Origin: Eledone cirrhosa
Taxonomy: Eukaryota
Assembly (NCBI GenBank): GCA_964016885.1
Contig: OZ024742.1
Coordinates: 74,710,001 to 74,774,000 of the forward strand
DNA: 64,000 nucleotides
Direction: 5' to 3'
The notes under the pieces are model-generated. The model was not told the DNA's origin. It worked only from the letters and a program-made list of their open reading frames with translations, and made no database searches. How positions within the stretch are numbered: the first letter of the stretch is position 1; the number at the start of each line of letters is the position of its first letter. Both the position numbers and the translations under genes were made by a program. Shown here in pieces: positions 25,271 to 39,598 of this stretch.

Positions 25271-26040
25271 CCAGCAGCGTATTTCATTTCGGTATGGACG
25301 GGCGAATTTTAGCACGGACCATTGTTGTGTGTATTCAATATTAGCACGCTTCAGAACCCACATTTCTTTCGCCAGGGCCGTAGATCTAGCTAAACTGGGG
25401 GTTTTTAACGTGTGAGTGTGCACTATCTGTGAACTATGTTTGGTAGAGCTAATTGAAATAGCGACCGGAAAAACCTTCTAAATTCCCGGCACAATAGGAT
25501 ATTTAATTGCAAACACAAGGTTCTAAAAATCTTCGCTAAAAAGAAACTGGACTAGAACAAGATTCGGTCCATAATTCCTAGGTTATGCTACATCCTATTT
25601 GGTTCATTTCCTCTGGCATTTGAACTTTTCATACACAATGGATTTAGTAATATTCAAAACAATCTCATTTTCTTAATTCCTTTCCCCCTTACCCACTCTA
25701 ACCTACTCTTAATATCTCTTTTTCTGTCCCTCTCTTTATACCTTCTCAACCCTTATATATAGTAAACATCAAAACCTTCACCTATACCAATGGTCAAAGA
25801 ATAATTGTTCCACATCACAGCACACAGATTTATAGTGTGAAACTCTTTACCCCCATTCCTCTCTACTATCACACTAGCTGACTGTATTTCATTCTATTTT
25901 TTAACTTATTTACATTTTTTAAACGAAAATCCCATTGCTGAATTCTACCGCATAGTGAATAGTTGAATTCCACTTTCCGATGAAGTGTAATAAATAATTA
26001 AATATTGAATATGACGGAACAATATATATTGTAGTAAGCA

Positions 26041-27188
26041 CTAGCAGAATGGCCCGGTGTCGCTCGGGATTCTAAACATAGATTGGCATGTTTTATCCCT
26101 CCTTTCTGAAACAGTAGAGAGAAGTACGGAATACCTCGGCCTAGGGATGGTGTCTACATTTTGTGTTTATAAATAAGAATCGCTGCTTTCACCCTTAACG
26201 GGATCTTCTGAAACTAAAAAAAATCAATCTGTGAACGCAGAAGTAAATATTTCGAAAAACGTTGCAGCCGAAGGAAAACGGGAAGACGATACTTTGGTTC
26301 GTGAAGATGTTCCCTGGAATGAACGGAAAATAGCAAAGATAATACGTCAGCAATGAGAACAATATTTGCTCTAAGGTTCTTATATATTTGATATATATTT
26401 ATCCTTATCGAGCCTCGTGAAATAAATACGTTTGTTTATATTTTGTTATTGTGTATGCAAAATATCTGTACACGAATATATAATTATATATATATATATA
26501 TATTAAAATAACAGATTAAAGTTTAAGCAAAGAATCGCTGCTTTCACCCTTAACGGGATCTTCTGAAACTAAAAAAAATCAATCTGTGAACGCAGAAGTA
26601 AATATTTCGAAAAACGTTGCAGCCGAAGGAAAACGGGAAGACGATACTTTGGTTCGTGAAGATGTTCCCTGGAATGAACGGAAAATAGCAAAGATAATAC
26701 GTCAGCAATGAGAACAATATTTGCTCTAAGGTTCTTATATATTTGATATATATTTATCCTTATCGAGCCTCGTGAAATAAATACGTTTGTTTATATTTTG
26801 TTATTGTGTATGCAAAATATCTGTACACGAATATATAATTATATATATATATATATATTAAAATAACAGATTAAAGTTTAAGCAAAGAATCGCTGCTTTC
26901 ACCCTTAACGGGATCTTCTGAAACTAAAAAAATCAATCTGTGAACGCAGAAGTAAATATTTCGAAAAACAACACATATATACACACACTCACAGATAGCG
27001 AAGTCAATGTAACCGGAGCCTAAAGCGGTCCCTAGGGCATTGAAAATTTGAAATATCTTTTGCTCAAAACACTCACACGACAATAAGTATTACATGTGTA
27101 AAGTTTGAAAAAATCGGTTGGGTGGTTCTCGAGTTTTAGGGAGACGGGCAGACAGACAGCCAGATATTCCATGTTTTAGATATATAGG
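26041..27188 (-). mobile_element. Non-autonomous Helitron with internal tandem repeat
   Basis: Minus-strand 3' end CCCGAGCGACACCGGG hairpin then CTAG|T; 5' region with TGTC repeats like the 5188-6174 element; 5' boundary approximate. Confidence 0.8.
26175..26969. repeat. 355-bp tandem repeat, about 2.2 near-identical copies
   Basis: Units start AAGAATCGCTG at 26175, 26530 and 26885. Confidence 0.95.
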
Positions 27189-27453
27189 TATGTAGACAAT
27201 TTATAATAGACACAGAAACATAGGTCAAAGCAAATAAATTCCTAATCTCTTCACGCCGACGTTTTATTTTTCTTGGCGCAATACTTATATTAATACACTC
27301 AGTGATCTCTTCTGGACCTATATACCATATTCTTCTGCTTGGATATTTATGCTATACGATTCAAAGAACACCGTAGAGCCAAACTCTCTGGTAAGCAGCT
27401 TTCTTGTTTAAGCATTCATTTCTGATATACATAAACAAAAACCTTATCTACCT

Positions 27454-27513
<60 letters not shown>

Positions 27514-28219
27514 CACACACACACGTACTCTGTGGAGATTTGAACATGCGCTATTATACATAAAAGGTTTCATATGCTTTAATTAAGACAAAGAAAAAAG
27601 CGAAAAAGAGAAAAAATAAGAGGAAACAAAAAAAAAAAACATTGGCCACATTTATCTTTTAGAAATGTCAGTCTGCATTCCAATGTAGATTCCACCGGAC
27701 CATTTTATTGGTGAGAGAATACGGTTTTGAAAATATCAAATCTATTGGTGAAAGCCTTCCAAATATATCTATTGTTGAAGCCTACCGAGTGGAGAGACAT
27801 TTGGATTAATATTAGTATTATTGTTAATTACTCCCAGCATAGATCTGATCGGTCAGACATATCAACAAAAACATTACATCATTGATCATTGAGTCCTTTT
27901 TCAGATATACGCTATATAAGATTTTTAGACAAAAGGTTTTAAAGTGGCAGAATTTAATTAAAAGAAAACTTCCTTGCAGGTTGAGAGAATTTAGATTAAT
28001 ATATTAAAATGAGATTAAAATAATGATGTTGAATTAATCGGTCATATTAATTTATCTCCAAATATTGGTTTTGTACTGAAATGAAAATAGATAACTTATA
28101 TAATTAGATAAAAATTAGATAAAAATTTAGACAAAAATTATCCAATAGAAGTCCTTTTTTGTTTTCAAAGATTACTAGTAAATTGTGCTTATTCATATCA
28201 TTAAGATATTCCTAAAATC

Positions 28220-28320
28220 ATAAACTGTATTAAATTATGTTTATTCATGATTACATGCTATTACCCCTAGAAGGTGTAATAGCTTGTAATCATGAATAAA
28301 CATAATTTAATACAGTTTAT
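28220..28320. repeat. Near-perfect hairpin (45-bp arms, 11-nt loop)
   Basis: 28220-28264 vs 28276-28320, one mismatch. Confidence 0.9.
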
Positions 28321-29399
28321 CATTTACAGTTTATGCTTTGGTTAAGACAAAAGAAAAAGAAAAGAAAAGAAAAGAAAAAGAAAAGAAAAAGAAAAGAAAA
28401 AGAAAAGAAAAAGAAAAGAAAAAGAAAAGAAAAAGAAAAGAAAAAGAAAAGAAAAAGAAAAGAAAAAGAGAAATCATTGTAGGTTTTGATGATAAGAATT
28501 CCAGTTGATAAATCTACGGAACTACTATAATATTCAGCTGATTCGATCCAACTGTGTCAAATTCACTACTATTGTTCGCGAATTGACACATCGTTTAGCT
28601 TTTCCCACAAGAATTCCCCCTTCATCGAATCCATTAAATATCTCACGAACGTAGGTTAAATTCTTGGCATAATGTTCAGCTGCTTCGATCCAACTGCCTC
28701 ATTGAGTGACTAGTGGCTCAGGAGCTAACCCTTTGAAAAGGGCTTTCTAGTGTGGTTTTTGATTGTTGAAGCTTTTACCAACACAATGAGACCACCGAAG
28801 TTTTAATAGAAAACTTTGACTCTCAAAGCACAATTATGTAGGGGATGCAAAACACATGTCACATGAAAACAATTGAGATAAATCATCTTTCTTATTTCAC
28901 CTACTTTGACCATATACCTGGCACCTTCTGATAGTAGCAACAAGAGGCAACGCCTATTTCATGCAGGGTATCAACAATAACTTAAATCATTATTGTAGCT
29001 TGAATAATTTTGTACTAGTTTTGATCTTCCACCACTACCACCACCAAGTAAAACAAGGAAAAGTAATTAAAAACTATCTCTTCTATTGAGACAAGACAAC
29101 AATCCTAAGGGGTAAAATTATAGCTGACAGAATCGCCCTAAGTAAACTTGACTAAATATTTATTTTATCGGAGTGAGACAATGAAAAGTCGCGCTAATTC
29201 TGATTTTAACTCGGATGGAACATTCTATTGGCTTTTGTAATATTCATGATCTATTCCACGCGTTTCATTATGAATGCATGCAGTCGTTTTACCTGTTTGC
29301 AGGATAAAGTCCATTTCTCCAATTTGTACAATAATACTATTGCTTGGCATACTTTGCAGCCCCTTTTCGCTCTCGTTCTCTGGCACCTCCATATATATA

Positions 29400-32300
29400 G
29401 GTGAGCTATGCTGCCCTCTTACCAGCACTTTCCCTTCCAAACACACACACCAGCCACCCACCCCTGATGCCGCTCGGTGCCCCAGTCCCCGGCCCCACGC
29501 CCCATCCCCCACCCCTCCAAATCGACCCCTGCAGCACTTGCGGCACTACTAACAAACGGAAGAGGGGCTGGAACTGTTTGCGGCTGCTTCCACCACCTCA
29601 CCTGTGTTGGCTTGACTCGTCGAGCTTCCAATGCCCTCGCAGCGTGGAGGTGCAGGAGCTGCCACTCCCCCACGTCTTCCCAGCCACGGCTGTCTGGCAC
29701 ACCACCAGATGGGACAGCGAGCTTGCCTGACGCCCGAGCCTCGCTGGTCAACATCGCTCGGCTCAGGCGGCTCAGGAAGATCTCACTCAGGATCCCGTGA
29801 GCGGCACGGGTGCCGGTAGCCGATGCCTTCGCTTCCTCGATTGAGAGCGCCCTGGACTCCAATCGAGCCAGTGACTGGGAGCGGCTGTTCCATTTCGCCC
29901 CACTCGCCCTCGGCCTCCCCAGCTCTGGCGCTGACCGAGGCGGCCGGTTAGCAGCAGCCTTCGTCAAGGCCAATGTCTCGTCATTTGGGCGAGCGCCCAT
30001 TCCAAGCGTGCCCAGGGACTCCACACACCCCACCCTCAGGTACCCCCTATCCTCCACTCTCGAGGCCAGCGCCGAGCGTTTGCTTGACCAGGTAAACGCA
30101 AAGCTTATCATGGGTGATGTCTCGGCCGCAGTCAGAGTTGTTGCCTCAGAGGACACTGTCCTCCAACCCACCGAGGAGATCCTGGCTGCTCTGCGGCTCA
30201 AACACCCTGAGTCACCTACTGATCTCAGACCCATAGCTCCACCCGACCCCCACCTACTCCTTGTGGCTACTGATGCAGATATTATGTCCGCCATCAGGTC
30301 CTTCCCAGCTAGCAGCTGCGGAGGTGTTGATGGTCTCCGACAAGGCCACCTCAAGGAGTTGACATCTCCCCTCTCCGCCGAGGCCGGGTGCCGCCTTCTG
30401 AGTGGAAATGTGGAGCTCACCAATAGGCTCATTCATGGTGCCCTCGACCCTTACGCCCGAGGCCTCTTTTTTTCGGCCAGCCTCACCGTTCTCAGGAAGA
30501 AAGAGGGTGGCATACGCCCCATTGCAGTGGGCAATGTCTTCCGGAGGCTGGCTGCCAAGGTGATCTGCAAGTCCACCACACACGAACTGGGTGAGGAGTT
30601 TAGTCCGGTGCAACTGGGTGTCGTCGTGTCCGGTGGCTGTGAGGGAGCCTCTCATGCAATCAGGCAGTTCTTTAGCAGCTGCACCTCGGTATCGGCATCC
30701 AGAGACTCCAGGCACCTCATTGTCAAGCTTGACATGAGGAATGCCTTTAACTCTTTACGCCGGGATCATCTGCTCGGGGCCTGCCTCAGGCGAGCCCCCT
30801 CTGCCTACCCGCTGGCCTACCTGTCATATGGAGCCCCGAGCATGCTCCTAGCTGCTGATACGGTCATACCCTCGGCTACTGGGGTCCAACAGCACGACCC
30901 TTTGAGACCCCTCCTGTTCGCCCCTGGTATTGACCACATCGCCCAGAGTATCACGGCCCCTCTCAACGTTTGGTATCTGGATGATGCTACGTTGGGCGGG
31001 CCCGTACGGACGGTCTGCCAAGACCTTCAAACGGTGATTCCTGCCCTGGCGGGAAACGGCCTCCAGGTCAACTCGGCCAAGTCGGAGGTGGTGAACGTCA
31101 GCCTCGATGCTGTGAGCTTTGCAGCCTCCGTCTTGGACGTGCGGTCCATTCTCCGCCAGGTTCAGGTGACCCCCAAAGAAGATGTCCTCATCCTCGGGTC
31201 ACCGATCCACCCGCCGGCCATCCGCTCCACCATCAGGTCCTGGATTCAACAGCTCCAGACTCTCACGGGCCGACTGGGCTTGATTGACGGCCACCCAGCT
31301 CTCTTTCTGCTGAGGAACTGCTTCGCTATGCCGAAGCTCCTCTATACACTCCGCAGCGATCCATGCTACACCCAGACATCTCTCCTTGCTGACCTCGATA
31401 CTTGTATCCGAGCAGCAGCGGAGGGGATATGCAACGTCAAGTTTGACGACATAGGGTGGCAACAGCCATTTTACCGGTCAGGTATGGCGGCCTAGGCCTC
31501 CGCTCCCCGATCTCACTAGCTTTGCCGGCGTATCTTTCGTCGGTAACCTCGTGCTGCGTCCTCGTCAGCAGGGTTCTTCAAAACACAACAGAACCCTCTG
31601 TGTTCAGAGAACGTGAGGCCACCTGTGAGACGTGGGACCGGCTGGGACTTAGCCCAGTAGACGTCCCTCCTCCTTCTCCCCCTGTTGACGACGTCAAGTC
31701 CCCCCAACACACTTGGGATGCCATCCAGTGCAGCCTGGCCTCAGACAGGCTCACGCGCTAGCTCGACCAGCACCGCCTTGCTTGTTTTCGTGCAGCCTCC
31801 AAACCCCACAGTGGTGCCTGGCTCCATGTTCTGCCCTCCTTCTCCACTGGCACGCAGCTAGACAACCATAGACTGCGAATCGGCGTTTCCATGAGGCTCG
31901 GCCTCCGGATCTGCCAGCCACACCAATGTCGCTGCGGTTCCACCGCTGACTCTTTCGGCCTCCACCCGCTTTCCTGTCGCCACAGTGCCGGCCGCATTCC
32001 ACGCTATACTGCCCTCAACGAGGTCATTAAGCATGGCTTGGACGCTGCAGGCTTCCCTTCCCAGCTCAAGCCGGTGGGGCTAGATCGAGGGGACGCAAAA
32101 GGCCAGATGGCATGACAATCTTCCCGTTCCACGGTGGCAAACCCCTCGTCTGGGATGCCACTTGCACCGACACTTCCTGCAGCCGCAGCCTGGTGCAGTC
32201 TGCGACTGACTCGGGTTCTGCTGCACGTCGGGCTGAGGGGGCCAAACTCCTCAAATACCGGTCACTCTCCGACAGATTTGCGGTCGTTCCTCTGGCAGTG

Positions 32301-32510
32301 GAAACTTCTGGTGTCCTCGGCCCCAGAGCTACCTCCTTACTCACCACCATAGGCGCTGAGCTGGCCAGCCGTAGGTGTGAGCCCCGCGAGTTGGAGTGGC
32401 TTTTCCAGCGCGACTCCCTTGCCGTCCTCCGGGGAAACGCCTTCTCCATTCTGTCAACCGGGGCTGTGGGTGGGCCCCATCGCGTACCATTACATTAGTT
32501 AAATACCATT
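29400..32510 (+). mobile_element. CRE-like non-LTR retrotransposon (PHD finger, RT, restriction-like endonuclease), frameshifted
   Basis: GGIRPIAVGNVFRRLAAK, KLDMRNAFNS, GVQQHDPL, WYLDD; CxC...H..SC zinc motif; RPDG...LVWD.TC RLE motif across a frameshift; GC-rich. Confidence 0.9.
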
Positions 32511-33255
32511 CTTCATCTCATACATAGACACAAAGATATTGCATCTTTCACTTCTGCTTGTGGTTCAACAGTACTCTTAGCTTTCTCAATGCCTAGCTGG
32601 CTTCGTTCATCCTAAGACATATCTCACAAACAGTGACCACACTTGTCCACCGTTTAGGAATATCTGGAGATGCCATAGCCACAGCGGATGTTTGCACATC
32701 ATCAGCTATGGCATGCCCAGTCCTCCACGTAGGGGATGCTGACAGAAGTTGAAGAGCTCGTAATTTTCCCGTGCAGAGTTGTTGATGCTGCTGCTGTCAT
32801 TTTTTGATCTTTGGCTGTTCAATCATGTGGATAGCCAGCTCTTTTTGTTGTTTTTCTTATTATTATTGCTGTTGTTTGCGGTGTTTTAGTGTTGGTGGTG
32901 ACAGTGGCGCCACTGGTAGACAGCCGGTGTTCTGTCTTGCGGAAAGACCGCTTTTGAATACAGCGGAAGAATTTTTGTCGTCCGTCATCATATTTTGAAA
33001 AGAAATTGAGTGGAGTGTTTAGCAAAGCAAACAAGCACAAGTTTAGCCACTAAGGGCTACAGGTAGAGAAACACTAACCAGCTCCCGAAGATACAGGTCA
33101 GTTTAACTATAAAACAATATGAGATGTTCAACAAAATAAGTTGGATAGCAATGGAATATCAACAAACTTACAAGAGTGTGTCGGCAAACAAAAAAAAAAA
33201 ACAAATAAAAAATAAACAAACAAAAAACAAACAAACAAACAAACAAACAAAAACA

Positions 33256-33289
<34 letters not shown>

Positions 33290-33291
<2 letters not shown>

Positions 33292-36200
33292 TTTTCTTTA
33301 TTGGCCACAATGGCTAACATAAAGAAAAACATTAGAGACGGCACAGAACAGTACAGGACGATACAAAGTGGGTTTTGGTCGTGTAAACAGGTTATAACAA
33401 AATCGGGCTAGAAATAAAAAAATTCAAACAACAAAAATTCCCCAAGAAGGGGGAAACTTCCGAGTGTCACTCGTGGTGAAAACCACACAAAAGACCACGG
33501 CCACCCTGACCACCAGGGCAAGCACCCTCTCTCAGTTTTCCCACTCCTCAGTCTACAGGCGCATACTCAGAGCGGGCCCGTTCACTCGGACCAGACTCGC
33601 AACTTTCACCCACCTTTCAACAAACTTACTAGAAGACAGCACTTGTCTCGCCACCCTGATTTTCCTCTTCAAGTGAAACTTGAAAAAGTTAATCAGGGAT
33701 TGGCCGGAGAGGAAAGTGTCCGTCTTCAACCCTTTCAACCTTGTCCACCACACAATCTCTTTCGCCATGGCCACCAGGCAGATGAATACTACCAGCTATT
33801 CCTCTTCTTTATAGGAGGATGGCAATCTGCACAATGGGCTCAGTCGATAACCGGATCCGTCCTACACTCGACAGCAGCTGTTCGACATGGCTCCACAAGT
33901 CAGCAATCCTCGAGCACTGAACACGTGCGTTCAGGACGGTTTTGTCGTCTTGCGCGAATCTCGGACAGGCTCGGCTGACAGCACCTCCATGCCTGTAGAG
34001 CTTATGCCGAACCGGCAACGATCCCCGGTAGCACTGCCAGGCCAGGGAAAAGCGTGTTTGGCAAACGGCGACCACACCTGTTCACCGTCAAGGAAGCACC
34101 AGAGATGTCGCAGCCTCAGCGCATGTTAGCGCATCATAAGCCACGGATGCCCAGTCCTCCAAGCAACGGGTGCTGACAGCAGACGGATCGTCTGACCACG
34201 TCCCTTCCACAAAAAGCGGAAGAGGAGGCGCTCCATTTGGGTTAGAGTTGGGCGGGGGCAAGGTACGACGGTCAGGTGGTAGCAGATGACGGACGCGATG
34301 TACGCATTCGCCACCTCCATCCGACCTTTCAGAGACAGCCTCCTCTTGGCCCATTTCTCGTCATCTCGCTCCAGTTTTTCTCCATCTGGAGGTCTGGACC
34401 GAACCAGACCCTGAGCAATTTAACCGCTCCTTCCGCCCAGCCCCAACGACACTGTTGGACGGCATGGTCTTGCTTCTCCAGTTGCCGAGTTGCAAGCCCA
34501 CCGGCTTTTCCTGGTTTATCTTTGCTCCTGTCACCGCTTCGTATTCCTTGAGAGCTGACCTGTTTGGTGCTCGACACCATCACGGTGACGTCGTCGGCGT
34601 AAGCCGACATGGATCTCCCGCATCCCAGTTCGCGAGGGACCCCCACATGGTCTCCAATTTGTGCAGTAACGGCTCGAGGGCCAGTACGTACAAGAGGGAC
34701 GAGAGAGGACAGCCCTGGTGACCGAGCGCATGATGGTGAACGACTGCGACAGGTGACCATTCACCCTCACAATCGAGCAGATTTCGCTGTGCATCATCGC
34801 AGAGATCCATCCCCTAAAAACGGGCCCGAAGCCGGCCGCCTCGAGGACCGCAGCCAGTACCGATGGTCGACCCTGTCAAATGCTTTAGATTGATCCAAGT
34901 TGATCAGGGCCCCACCCGTGCCGGGTTCCTTAACCACCCTCTCTATGATGTATCACATGAGATGGAGGTAGTGAATGGATGTGTCCGGAATGGCGCATGT
35001 ATGCACCTCTCCTACCAGATCCCCGACGACAAGTGCCAATCTCTTTGCTAACACTTTGGCCAAAATCTTGAACTCTGCGTTAGCAGAGTTATTGGCCTGA
35101 AGTTGTCTATAACGTCCATCGAAGTATGCACCGAAGTCCATACTCCGATCTGGCCCGCCGCCGCTCCCGAACCAATTGAGCAAAGTGCTGTTCAAAAGCC
35201 GCACACATCTGTTCGAATTCGAGGAACATGCGCCCGTTTTGATCAGGCAAAAACCGAATTGTGAATTTGTTGCCACGTCGCGCCTCCACCACCCGGGCCC
35301 ATTGAACGGCTTTCGTCCCCTCGTGTTTCAGAGCACGCGTTCTAGCTCTGACAACGCATCCTTCATGCTTTGCGTTGAAGAATTGGTCGAGTGCCAATCT
35401 CACCGCAAGCACGTCGGTTGCGATGCCTGTCCTAAACGGCTCTTCTAGCTTTCCAAGTAGCTCTCCCTCTACTCTATTTTCCTCAATCACTACTCCTTTG
35501 CTAAACATTATTGATTCTACTCTAATAGCCCTTTTCAGGGTAAACCACCACCTGTGGTTGACGATTGCACCCGTCAACGCACGCTTAACTAATTCGCTAA
35601 TCCGGTCTGTAAGCATTGTGGTCCGACTACTTTAAATTGTGGACAACCTACACTAGGCTTATCTGTTTCCCTACAGAATACCCTATCTAAATACAATCTG
35701 GATGACCCGATGTCGTTTGCCCATGTCCACATTGGCACATTCGGATAATCCAGTCTATACCTGACAGATAGTTCAAAACGCCTGAGCAAGTTGTTGTGGC
35801 TTTTACACCCTCCTTCCCTGTCTACTAGCCCCACATAATCCCAGCGTGCATCTAAGATACCGTTCCAGTCGCCCACTAACACTAAAGAGCGGGACGTACC
35901 AAGAAAGGTCTCTAGACGTCTGAAGATATCTTGCCGGGTGTTGGCGGGGTTCTAGTAATTTTTGTCTGTAATGTCTGTGTGCTGCTTTATATGTTCTATC
36001 AGTACTCTCTTTGCACTCATTATGGCCGTGTACTTCTTTGGGGTTTTGTTTTGTTTTGTTGCTGTTTTCTTATTGCTGAATTGGGTGTGCGTGCGCCTTG
36101 TTGTGTTTGCGATGTTGGTGTTTGTGGTGATGCTGGTGGTGGTGTGGTTGTTGTTGTTGGTGCTGCTTGTGGTGGGGATGGTGATGGTGGTGGTGTTGCT

Positions 36201-37200
36201 GCAACCGCCTTGCAGCATTTACCCCTCTTTGTTTGCCCTTGCTTTCCGCCTCACACTCCATGTCGGATTCCATGGGTTCTAGGTGGGGCATGAGCTTCAC
36301 GGCTGTTGGTGGCAGTAGTGACGCCCACTCCGGCGATTTTGTCGCCGGTGTAGCTACTGCAACTGTTGGTGTTGCCGCCACTGCTGCCGCTGCTTTAGTT
36401 TTCCGTGGCCTTGGTATGGGTGCCACGGACGTTGTCCCTTACTCACCGCGGAAGGGTCTCACGCCTCTGGAGTGGAGGGGGTACGGGGGGGCTTCTCCTT
36501 TTCTGTCTTCTTCAGGCAAAAGGCCCTGAGGTGACCCTTCGACCCACAGAGATAGTACTTTGGGCGCCTCCCTTACACGCTTATGGGGAGTGAAACTCCT
36601 TCTTCGAGGTCTATAACGGGGATAGCCTCGATACACTCCTAATCAGTTTGGATTAGCATTTACATTCAAATACCTGATCTGTTCTTCATCCCTATCCTCT
36701 GCACTTGCAGTGTGGTCGTCCTCTCCTCGTCTCCGGTGAGGACAGACGCCGTCAGCTAAGGTATGGGCACGTCGGGCGGGACCTGGGTCACTTTGATCCC
36801 AGAATCTTCTACCCGCAGTAGGAGGGCAACAAAACTATCTCCCTACTCTTTAGGGTTACCAAAGAGTGAAACTTCGCCTCTTGAGGGGTGGCAAACATTT
36901 CGTCCACGGTGGCATACGTTTTGCCTCGGGTGATGTGGGTGTTGCATGCCCACACGCACCTCAAGACCTTTTGAATTTGAGCCTCCCTGGCACTCTCCAC
37001 CCGATGTGATTTTTTGCTTATAGTACGGTAAGTCACCGTACGCAGCTGTTGGTCTTTGAAAAACTCTGGTGGAGGTTTTAGGAAAACTCTATTTGATTTC
37101 CTAGACACCATGGCCCTTGCGACTGCCATCTCCCCCCTCCGTGACTATCACTGTCTCTATATTCCGGGTCACCCCCGTAAAATAAATGGTCCTTTTTCAG
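33290..37200 (-). mobile_element. Tx1/L1-like LINE, near full length but decayed
   Basis: ORF1 remnants (36809-37129 and a knuckle-like segment near 36700); EN GDWNGILD; RT EFKILAKVLAKRL, QGCPLS, AYADDVT; AATAAA then (ATT)n at the 3' end. 5' boundary uncertain. Confidence 0.85.
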
Positions 37201-38073
37201 GGGTACCATTGTTGCTGCCGCCACTGCTGGTACTGGTCTTGTTGGTGCTGGGATCGTTGTTACTGTTATTGATGTCATTGTTGTTATTGTTGTTGTTTTC
37301 GTTGATACTGTTGCTGCTGTAATTGTTGTTGTGGTTGTTGTTGTTATTATTGTTGTTTTCGTTGATACTGTTGCTATTGTTATTGTTGTGGCTGTTGTTA
37401 TTGTCACTGTTATTGTCTTTCTCAACCCTGTCGCTGGTATTTTCGTTGTTGCTGTTGTTATTGATGGTGTTCTTGTTGGTGTTATTGTTGGTGTTGTTTG
37501 TGTCAGAACCATTTGGCTGTTTTGAATCTGAAACAATATGATTAACAACGATAATTTTTTTCTTTTCTTTCGAAATATTTGTATTTTCCTTCGTTAGAAC
37601 GCTGTCTTGTTGAACTGTTGACAACGTCTTCCTCTCTCTATGCTGTCGTACAGCGCGCTCTATCTCTCTTTCTATTCGTATCCATTTTTGGACAACATTT
37701 TTTTTCCAGTGAAATTTTACAGAATATGACACCCCATAACGGGGTGTCGTATTATTTACGAGTGAATCCCCTGTGTTAAGTGGGTCACTTGCCCTAAACT
37801 CTTATCAAGTTTAAAACTTGAATAAAAGGTTAGGAGCGGTAAAAATAAATGTAGACAGCTGAAAAAAACTTTGAGCTGATATGAAGCATGGCTTCAGTTT
37901 CAATAATAATAATAATAATAATAATGATAACAATGATATGATAATGATGGTCATGATTATGCAGTTGATAAGAAAGAAAAACTGTTTGAATTATTGATTT
38001 TATTGAAATGTTATCAGTAAAGTTCAACACGTGAAATAGACCCATTTGTAGGTCATAATATAGAGTCGCTTGT

Positions 38074-38136
38074 CAGTGAATTCATATTAGCTGGAATATT
38101 AGAATATTTGTCATTTTATCGTCAACAACTAAGCTG
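38074..38136 (+). other. Possible non-coding first exon of the acyl-CoA synthetase gene
   Basis: Inr-like TCAGT at 38073 and donor CTG|GTAAGT at 38136/38137, upstream of the acceptor at 40097; motif evidence only. Confidence 0.25.
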
Positions 38137-39110
38137 GTAAGTTGATTTTCTTTCCCTTATACTTTGATATATTTTTCTTTAATGAAGGTGTTTATGTATG
38201 TAATCCATTAAGACGGGCCTCACAATTTCCTATTTCACCCGAAAGAAATATCGATTTATCTTTTAAATAAAATATATCTTACTTAATTATTTAATAAGTA
38301 TATAATTAATTTAATTACACAAATATTTCGTAATCTTGTGCTAAATTAATTTCTTTTGAGTTTCGGTATAATTTCACTGTGGGAAGTAATTCCGTCAGTT
38401 TGAAAACATATTTTGAATATATTAAAACATATGCAATAAGATGTTGCTAAGGAGATTGTTTGCCGGTTTAAAGTTTAGATTAAATCTACTTCGGAATTTC
38501 TTTATTCACACTACCTATATTCATTCATACATTCATAGCTTACATCGATCACACATCGCTTTGATCGATCGACAAGATCCCAGACTTCATTCGCTTGCCG
38601 AATAGGGTTGACTTCGTCAAATCGGACCAAGGAAACAATGGTTTCCATTGGTCTTTCCATTGCTATCTACCGGTCGCAACTCCTGGCAGAAAGAGCAACG
38701 TAAAATAAATTGTATTGCTTAAGGAGACAACGTTTGAGTATTAAACTAGCAACCTCACGATTGCAAATCAAGTCTCTAACCACTAAGCCACAAGCCTTCA
38801 CATATATTTCGATGTATTGGACTGATTGAATGTACTACTTATGGTACTTATTTTTATCGAGCATGGAACAAAGAAAGACATGCTCAACCTCAGAGTAAGT
38901 TTAAAGGGACGTAATTAAAAAATTCGCTATGTTTTTTATCTGACAGTCTACCGCTGTTGTTACACACCCGCACCAATATAAATAAGAACTGGTTCATTGT
39001 GTTTTCCGGAACTTCTTCGCTAGGAGAATACTGGTTTTTCACCGATGATTACATCGGCAAAATATTTAAACATATATACATACTTATAAAAATACAAACA
39101 TATTTGTACA

Positions 39111-39598
39111 CATCATCATCATCATCATCAGGTCGAGCTTGCTCGGCTTTCTATGACACGTTTCCTCCATCCATCTCTGTCTCTCATAGCGTTTGCCAGT
39201 TCTTCCGAAGTGCATCCAGTATCGTCCTCAAGTTGCTTGACGTATGTCTTCTTGGGACGACCAGCGTTTCTTGCTCCATGAGATGGACTCCATAACAACA
39301 CATCACCTGCTATTTCTTCCTTGCTGCGCCAACAGTGGCCAGCAAATCTGAGTCTCTGTCCACGTATTGACCTGCTGATAGGTGGTATATTGCCATAGAG
39401 ATCCTTATTTGTTGGGTGTTCCCTCCAAGACACGTTTAAAGCAGCACGGAGCATACGTGTGTATGCCCCGTCTAGCTTTTTCTCCAGTTTCGACGTTAAT
39501 TCCAAGTGATAGAGCCATAAACAAGCACATATTCCACAGCAGCTCTGAAGAAATTCCTTTTCAGTTTGGCCGGCAGGTTTGATTTCCATATTTTTTTC
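39111..39598 (-). mobile_element. 5'-truncated RTE LINE
   Basis: LDGAYTRMLRAALNVSW...RLRFAGHCWR...GRP; (TGA)n tail; 12-bp TSD CATATTTGTACA at 39099-39110 and 39599-39610. Confidence 0.9.

Noticed and set aside
25976-26036. Additional hammerhead (CCGATGA...GGAAC-AATATATATT-GTA)
   Set aside because: Both core boxes altered and stems I and II not convincingly paired; too degenerate to call.
29419-30715. Long minus-strand ORFs (337 aa, 153 aa)
   Set aside because: Antisense shadows of the GC-rich CRE-like ORF.
37169-37732. Asn-rich 187-aa ORF and overlapping Thr/Leu/Val-rich ORFs
   Set aside because: Products of degenerate (AAC/AAT)n low complexity at the LINE 5' region; no domain or splice evidence for a host gene.
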